Source: Candidatus Iainarchaeum sp. (GTDB taxonomy: Archaea; Iainarchaeota; Iainarchaeia; Iainarchaeales; DTGL01). Taken from it: DNA of 29,586 bases. Positions 24,811 to 29,586 of this stretch are shown here, in pieces; position 1 is the first letter of the stretch; each line of letters starts with the position of its first letter. The position numbers and the translations under genes were made by a program. The notes under the pieces are model-generated. The model worked only from the letters and a program-made list of their open reading frames with translations. It was not told the DNA's origin and ran no database searches. The stretch covers positions 1-29,586 of the forward strand of contig JAVYME010000010.1 in assembly GCA_038736825.1 (NCBI GenBank). The letters run 5' to 3'.

Positions 24811-26049
24811 ATGCACTTGGAAAAATTGAAAGAATTTGATTCTAAGGTTTATGGCTTGATTGAAAAAGAAAAGCAAAGGCAAATGTCAGGCATTGAACTC
24901 ATTCCCAGTGAAAACCTTGTCAGCCAAGCAGTGCTTGAAGCACTGGCAACAGTGCCCACAAACAAATACAGTGAAGGCTATCCCGGCAAAAGATATTATT
25001 CTGGAAACGAATTCATTGACGGAATTGAAAACATTGCAATTGAAAGATTGAAAAAACTGTTCAAAGCAGAGCACGCCAATGTCCAGCCATTAAGTGGAGC
25101 GCCCGCAAACCTTGCGGCTTTTTTTGCCTTCATGAAACCAGGCGAAACCTTGATGGGATTGCGCTTGGACATGGGCGGACATCTCACTCACGGCCACAAA
25201 GTGAATTTTTCTGGCACAATCTTTAATTCAGTGCAATACGGTTTGGATCCAAAAACCGAGCTTCTTGACTTTGAACAAATAAGGAAAACCGCAATAGAGT
25301 CAAAGCCAAAAATAATTTTGAGCGGTTATAGTGCTTACCCTCGAGCAATAGATTTCAAGCAATTCAGGGAGATTTGCAATGAAACCGGCGCAATAGCAAT
25401 GGCTGACATTGCCCATATTGCAGGGCTTTGCTGCACAGGACAGCATGAAAACCCAGTGCCATATTTTGATGTTGTAACAACCACCACTCACAAAACCTTG
25501 CGGGGTCCAAGGGGCGCAGCAATAATGTGCAAAAAAGAATTTGCAGAGCAAATAGATAAAGCGGTTTTTCCTTTTTTGCAGGGTGGCCCTCACGAGAACG
25601 TGATTGCAGCCAAAGCGGTTGCGTTCAAGGAGGCTTTGCAGCCTGAATTCAAAAAGTATGCAAGACAAGTGGTGAAAAATGCCAGAGTGTTAGCTGAAAC
25701 TTTAATGGCAAAAGGCAATCGCTTGGTTTCAGGCGGCACAGACAACCACTTAATGCTAGTGGATGTTTCAAAGAAAGGGCTTACTGGAAAGCAGGCTGAA
25801 GCATTTCTTGAAATGGCTGGAATTTATTGCAACAAAAACACTATTCCTTTTGATCCCCGCAAGCCTTGGGATCCAAGCGGGATTAGGTTGGGCACTCCAG
25901 CTGCAACCACTCGCGGAATGAAAGAAAGCGAAATGAAGGAAATAGGGGAAATAATAAACTTGGTTCTTGAAAAGCCAAACAAAACAACAATCAAAAAGGC
26001 TCGCGAGAAAACAAAAGAATTGTGCAAAAACTTTCCATTTTATGAATGA
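24811..26049 (+). CDS. glyA: Serine hydroxymethyltransferase
   Basis: ELIPSENL, YSEGYPGKRYY.G, GGHLTHGH and VVTTTTHKTLRGPRG (PLP-Lys motif). The ATG at 24811 lies 5 nt after the upstream stop. Confidence 0.95.
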   Translation: MHLEKLKEFDSKVYGLIEKEKQRQMSGIELIPSENLVSQAVLEALATVPTNKYSEGYPGKRYYSGNEFIDGIENIAIERLKKLFKAEHANVQPLSGAPANLAAFFAFMKPGETLMGLRLDMGGHLTHGHKVNFSGTIFNSVQYGLDPKTELLDFEQIRKTAIESKPKIILSGYSAYPRAIDFKQFREICNETGAIAMADIAHIAGLCCTGQHENPVPYFDVVTTTTHKTLRGPRGAAIMCKKEFAEQIDKAVFPFLQGGPHENVIAAKAVAFKEALQPEFKKYARQVVKNARVLAETLMAKGNRLVSGGTDNHLMLVDVSKKGLTGKQAEAFLEMAGIYCNKNTIPFDPRKPWDPSGIRLGTPAATTRGMKESEMKEIGEIINLVLEKPNKTTIKKAREKTKELCKNFPFYE

Positions 26050-26609
26050 TTTTTGCATTTTATTATTCTTTTTTCTGTGACTATTTTGTGCACTTTTATG
26101 TCATGCTTTTCTGAAGGAATTTTTTCCACTAGCTGGCATTCAAAGGCAAGGCCTATAATGGGGGTTTTTTTTGGCAGTTTTGCAAGATAGCGGTCATAAT
26201 AGCCTTTTCCATAGCCAAGCCTGTTGCCTTTTTTGTCAAAAGCAGTGCCTGGAACAATTATTGCGCTTATTTCTTTGCAGTCTTCAACTTTAATGCAACA
26301 GTCTTTTGGTTCAAAAAATCGGTTTTTTTTCTGCAAGTCGTTTAATGAAAGAATGCAGCGCATTTCCATTTCTTTTTCCAGCCATGCTGCTGGCACAACC
26401 ACTTTTTTGCCTGCTTCAAGCAAGTCTTCTATTAAAAAATTTGTTTTAACCTCTGAGCCTGTGCCAACATAACAAGAAACTGTTCTTGCAGCCTGTATTT
26501 CTGGCAATGAAAAGGCTTTTCTGGAAATTGTTTTGCTTTTTTGCATTGCTTGTTCTTCGCTAAGGCACTGCCTTTTTTCCAGCGCTTTTTTTCTAATTGA
26601 GTCTTTCAT
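26040..26609 (-). CDS. 5-formyltetrahydrofolate cyclo-ligase (MTHFS)
   Basis: N-terminal KK.LR.......S.E......S..I, then ...IIVPGTAFDKKGNRLGYGKGYYDRYL, the family signature G.G.GYYDR.L. The 3' end overlaps the convergent glyA by 10 nt. Confidence 0.85.
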   Translation of the reverse strand: MKDSIRKKALEKRQCLSEEQAMQKSKTISRKAFSLPEIQAARTVSCYVGTGSEVKTNFLIEDLLEAGKKVVVPAAWLEKEMEMRCILSLNDLQKKNRFFEPKDCCIKVEDCKEISAIIVPGTAFDKKGNRLGYGKGYYDRYLAKLPKKTPIIGLAFECQLVEKIPSEKHDIKVHKIVTEKRIIKCKNHS

Positions 26610-26676
26610 GTAGGGAAAAAGAGCACAGTAATGCTTTTAAAGGAGGAGCGAATAATAATAGTGTTTTGGTGAGATT

Positions 26677-27162
26677 TTGAAAAAAAATTTTGCGGCAATA
26701 ATGCTTTTTGCAGTGCTTTTCTCTAGCACTGCCTTTGGTGCCTATGTGATAACAAAAGTGGAAGCTGAAAATGTTGAAATGCCCAATCCTGCTGTTGGAA
26801 CCAGTGCTAGAACAAGGGTTGCAGTTGAATGCTATGATGTTTGCCCTTGCCCGCCAGGCAGTGGCACAAAAACCAATGCTGCCACTGTGAACCTCCAAAT
26901 TTTCACAAGCGCAGGCGCTCCAGTTGGCGCAGTGATTCCCAGAACCTGTTCAAGCAATTCAGCTGAAGTGCCAGTGGACATAACTCAACCAGGGGTTTAT
27001 TACGTTGAAGCCCAGCTTGTTGGCGGCGGTCCAAAGGAAAAAGCCTGGTTTTCTGTTTCAAGGTTTTTTCCAGGCATAAACGTGCCTGAAGCCAATCCGC
27101 TTGCAGCACTTCTTGCTTGCTTTGCAGTTTTATTTATTGTTGGCAGAAAGAAAAGCAAGTGA
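26677..27162 (+). CDS. Secreted surface protein with a tripartite C-terminal sorting-signal-like tail (VPxxxP motif + TM + basic cluster)
   Basis: TTG start gives a signal peptide MKKNFAAIMLFAVLFSSTAFGA. The C-terminus is VPEANP-LAALLACFAVLFIV-GRKKSK. Confidence 0.6.
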   Translation: MKKNFAAIMLFAVLFSSTAFGAYVITKVEAENVEMPNPAVGTSARTRVAVECYDVCPCPPGSGTKTNAATVNLQIFTSAGAPVGAVIPRTCSSNSAEVPVDITQPGVYYVEAQLVGGGPKEKAWFSVSRFFPGINVPEANPLAALLACFAVLFIVGRKKSK

Positions 27163-27170
27163 TTTTTGCA

Positions 27171-27887
27171 TTAAAGTGCAGAGAAAACCATGGAAAAGAA
27201 AAGCATTATTGCAATAGAGCACAAATAAATGACAGTGCTTTTCAAAAAACCGCTTTTTGTTGTTTGCTTTACTGCAAGGAATGGAAAAACAATTAATGCA
27301 TAAACGAGCAATACCAAGGCTATTGCTGCAACCAAAAGCATTCCAGGACCGCCTAAAATTTCCTCTCCTTCGGCTGGCAATAGCGTTGAAGCATCGGTTT
27401 TGATTCCGCGCTCTTTCAAGAATTCTTCAAGCCCGGTTTGGTCACGGTTTGCCACGAGGTCAGAAAACAGTGCTGTTTCGACAGCGTCAAGTTTTGCATC
27501 TCTTGCAATTCTGGCAAGCCCTAAGAGTTTTGGGGCAAACGCAATGGATGCAATGAAGCCAAGCAATACCATGAGTGCAAAAATCAGCCAGCAAAAGGAA
27601 AGAGAGGAATAAATTGCTGAAAAAGTGCCTTTCATTTGTTTTCCTATTGCAAGGAATGCAAAAAAATAGACTGCTGAGGAGAAAAGCATCCATCCCAGAT
27701 AGTTTTTCAAAGTGTAAGAGGCAAGCCAAATCCAGTCAATTTCAAGCGAGACAGCCAAAAACGCTAAAACCGTTATTATTGAGGGCGAAAGCACTAAAAA
27801 AAGCGCTGTATTGAATGAAGGCTTTTCAATTGCCTTTTTCACTGTTTTGCCTGGAAAAAACAAAAGGTTCACTGGATTCAAGTCCAT
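27171..27887 (-). CDS. Hypothetical integral membrane protein (possibly Yip1-like)
   Basis: About 5 hydrophobic helices with a soluble insert (ARDAKLDAVETALFSDLVANRDQTGLEEFLKERGIK). The N-terminal ...P..F......AL.LVL... layout resembles Yip1-domain proteins, but this is weak. I use the ATG at 27887. Confidence 0.45.
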   Translation of the reverse strand: MDLNPVNLLFFPGKTVKKAIEKPSFNTALFLVLSPSIITVLAFLAVSLEIDWIWLASYTLKNYLGWMLFSSAVYFFAFLAIGKQMKGTFSAIYSSLSFCWLIFALMVLLGFIASIAFAPKLLGLARIARDAKLDAVETALFSDLVANRDQTGLEEFLKERGIKTDASTLLPAEGEEILGGPGMLLVAAIALVLLVYALIVFPFLAVKQTTKSGFLKSTVIYLCSIAIMLFFSMVFSAL

Positions 27888-27979
27888 ATGCACACCAAAA
27901 ACTCTTTTTTTTTTACTGGTTTCAAGCAAGCCTGTTTAAATAAGAGCGCTCCCACTATTTATTTTTTTCCATTGGCGTT

Positions 27980-29047
27980 TTATTGCTGTAATGAGCTTTT
28001 TTGCCCCATTTTAATCCTTTCATATAACTCTTTTGCTTTTGTGTTTTTTTCAAAGTGAGACCTTATGGGAGCAATTATTTTTTCAATGTGTTGCGCTGTT
28101 GCTTTTTTTAAGTCCAATGGGTGTAATTGTTTTTCCCTGAAAGCGCTTTCCAGTTCAGCATAGTTTTTAAAGCAAATGTCGCCCCCGAATTTTTTTTCTC
28201 GCTCTATTTTCATTTCTGGAAATTTTTCAAAAACAATGTATTTGCAGTATTCCAGCACTGGATTGTTTTCTGTTTTTCCGGCTTCACAGTAAGCGTTCAT
28301 TATTTTTGCCTCTATTTCTTTTTGTGAATCGTGCACGAAAATGCTTGACTCTGGTTTTGATTTTGACATTTTGAACTTTATGGCATCCTCTTCCTTTGCC
28401 CCTTGCAATCCCAACAGCATGTGGTGGTGGACTGCAACCGGTTTTTTTCTGCCAAACTTTGGAGCCAGCTCTCTTGCCAGAATGTTTGCCCTGCGCTGGT
28501 CAAGCCCTAGCTGGCAAATGTCGACATCCAGCATGAAAATGTCTGCCACTTGCATGCTTGGATAGAATTGTTGTGCCACTGTGAGTTCTTCTGTTTCCTC
28601 TCTTCCAGCAATCATCATTGCGCGCAGGTTTCTTTTTGTTGAAATGTTTCTCGCTATTTTCAGCACTGTATCCCAGTATTTTAGCGAGTCCATTAATTCT
28701 GAAGCCCAAACCACGTTAAGTTTTTTTATGGGAATTCCTGTTGCACGCCATACTTCTATAAAGTATTCTCCGCAAGCGTGAATCAATTCCATGTTGCCAT
28801 TGAATTTGTTGTTTACAAATGCAAAATAGTCTGCCAGGTAGAGAGTGAAATCTATGCCTGCATCCATCATTTTTTGGATTGTAATCGAGCGGTATACTCC
28901 AAATGGCAAGTGCGCTAGCCCGCTTGGCTCAAATCCATCATATGCTTTCAGTTTTTTTCCAGAATCCAGCATTTGCACTAGTTCTTCCCTTGTAACTATT
29001 TCTTCAGCAATGCTTTCAATCAAGGCAAGCCTTTTCTCGGTTTCCAT
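27980..29047 (-). CDS. tyrS: Tyrosyl-tRNA synthetase (archaeal type)
   Basis: Collinear with M. jannaschii TyrRS as I recall it: AYDGFEPSG (Tyr32 equivalent), LADYFAFVN, YPSMQVADIF (Asp158 equivalent), DQRRANILAREL, FKMSKSKP (KMSKS), AYC.AG...NPVLEY and KFGGD...Y.ELE..F....LHP.DLK. Confidence 0.9.
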   Translation of the reverse strand: METEKRLALIESIAEEIVTREELVQMLDSGKKLKAYDGFEPSGLAHLPFGVYRSITIQKMMDAGIDFTLYLADYFAFVNNKFNGNMELIHACGEYFIEVWRATGIPIKKLNVVWASELMDSLKYWDTVLKIARNISTKRNLRAMMIAGREETEELTVAQQFYPSMQVADIFMLDVDICQLGLDQRRANILARELAPKFGRKKPVAVHHHMLLGLQGAKEEDAIKFKMSKSKPESSIFVHDSQKEIEAKIMNAYCEAGKTENNPVLEYCKYIVFEKFPEMKIEREKKFGGDICFKNYAELESAFREKQLHPLDLKKATAQHIEKIIAPIRSHFEKNTKAKELYERIKMGQKSSLQQ

Positions 29048-29108
29048 GAAAAATCACAATAATTAACAGGCTAAAAACATAAAAGCCTTTACTGGTTTCT
29101 TTTAGTTC

Positions 29109-29240
29109 ATGCCAGAGGGAAAGGTTTTGGCTTTCGGGTGCTTTGATTTATTGCATCCAGGGCATCTCTTTTATCTTGAAAAAGCAAAACAACTCGGAAG
29201 TACCAAAGCTGAACAACTGATAAATGAATATTGTCGTTGA
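29109..29240 (+). pseudogene. 43-codon remnant of a cytidylyltransferase-family gene (RibL/FAD synthetase or TagD-like)
   Basis: [30 protein letters not shown] is the N-terminal G.FD..H.GH nucleotide-binding motif of a ~140-150 aa family. After the QLG it diverges ([13 protein letters not shown]) and stops at 29238-29240. Confidence 0.5.
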
Positions 29241-29340
29241 TTTCTTAAAATTCATGTGTATTGAAGAATATTAATTTTCTGAACTATCAGAAATAAGTCG
29301 TGAATTTTTTACAAATTTGCCCTGATAAAATTCCATTTAA

Positions 29341-29586
29341 ATGAAACTGACAAAAGAGGAACAGCAAATGCTTGCCGGAAAATACGGGAAGCAGAAAGCT
29401 GAAGCAATCGACTATATTATTCAATTGGGAGAAGCATTTGATGCAGAAAGGCTTGTGGATATAGTATATTGTCATTATCCGGCCGAAATGGCAATTTATA
29501 AAGGGAATGTGGAAGATGCAGTGGAATATGCCGCTACAGGAGCCAGGGTTTCAATCCCAACAACCAGTTCAACCCTGTGTGGTGAT
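29341..29586 (+). CDS. Aconitase X (DUF521) catalytic-domain protein, 5' part (runs off the window end)
   Basis: My own translation is MKLTKEEQQMLAGKYGKQKAEAIDYIIQLGEAFDAERLVDIVYCHY...GARVSIPTTSSTLCGD. The pattern M.LT.EE..ML.G..G.....AM.....G..f.AerLv.I...H. is the typical DUF521/AcnX N-terminus. There is no stop before the window end. Confidence 0.7.
   Translation, partial: MKLTKEEQQMLAGKYGKQKAEAIDYIIQLGEAFDAERLVDIVYCHYPAEMAIYKGNVEDAVEYAATGARVSIPTTSSTLCGD

Noticed and set aside
29190-29340. Assembly chimera at the right end, inferred from the truncated gene plus an AT-rich stretch
   Set aside because: It cannot be decided from sequence alone. The AT-richness is within the range of other intergenic regions here, and codon style on both sides looks similar. 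It is retained only as one explanation in the pseudogene finding.
1-29586. CRISPR arrays, IS elements, integrases, prophage genes or a defence island, including near the tRNA gene
   Set aside because: I saw no regularly spaced direct repeats, terminal inverted repeats, transposase or integrase motifs, or duplication of the tRNA 3' end. The only repeats found are short local palindromes and tandem heptamers or nonamers.

Overview
Compact, moderately AT-rich archaeal chromosomal segment. Archaeal markers are TFB, an HMf-type histone, ribosomal proteins eL42, eS8 and eL33, Hef/XPF, an archaeal-type TyrRS and a tRNA-Gly without encoded CCA. I call 35 CDS (two truncated by the window edges), one tRNA, one truncated gene fragment and a few hairpin or promoter-like elements. 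Genes are tightly packed, with many 1-14 nt overlaps and Shine-Dalgarno-like GGAGG/GGTG motifs. Form III RuBisCO, a bacterial-type NadD, folate-based one-carbon enzymes and several secreted or anchored proteins suggest a small-genome DPANN-like archaeon, but that is inference only. I see no rRNA, CRISPR array, transposase, integrase, reverse transcriptase or recognisable defence or toxin-antitoxin genes, and no clear-cut novel multi-gene system; most of the window is housekeeping. The items most worth a second look are: (1) an in-frame NadD-alkyltransferase (Ogt catalytic domain) fusion; (2) a bona fide form III RuBisCO translationally coupled to nadE and that fusion gene; (3) Hef split into separate, overlapping helicase and XPF-nuclease genes; (4) an uncharacterised multi-pass membrane protein inside a folC-glyA one-carbon cluster; (5) surface proteins with tripartite C-terminal sorting-signal-like tails, one matching V-P-x-x-x-P; (6) an unusually long convergent intergenic region with a perfect hairpin; (7) a truncated cytidylyltransferase fragment near the right edge. 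All family assignments rest on motif recognition by eye, not on database searches.
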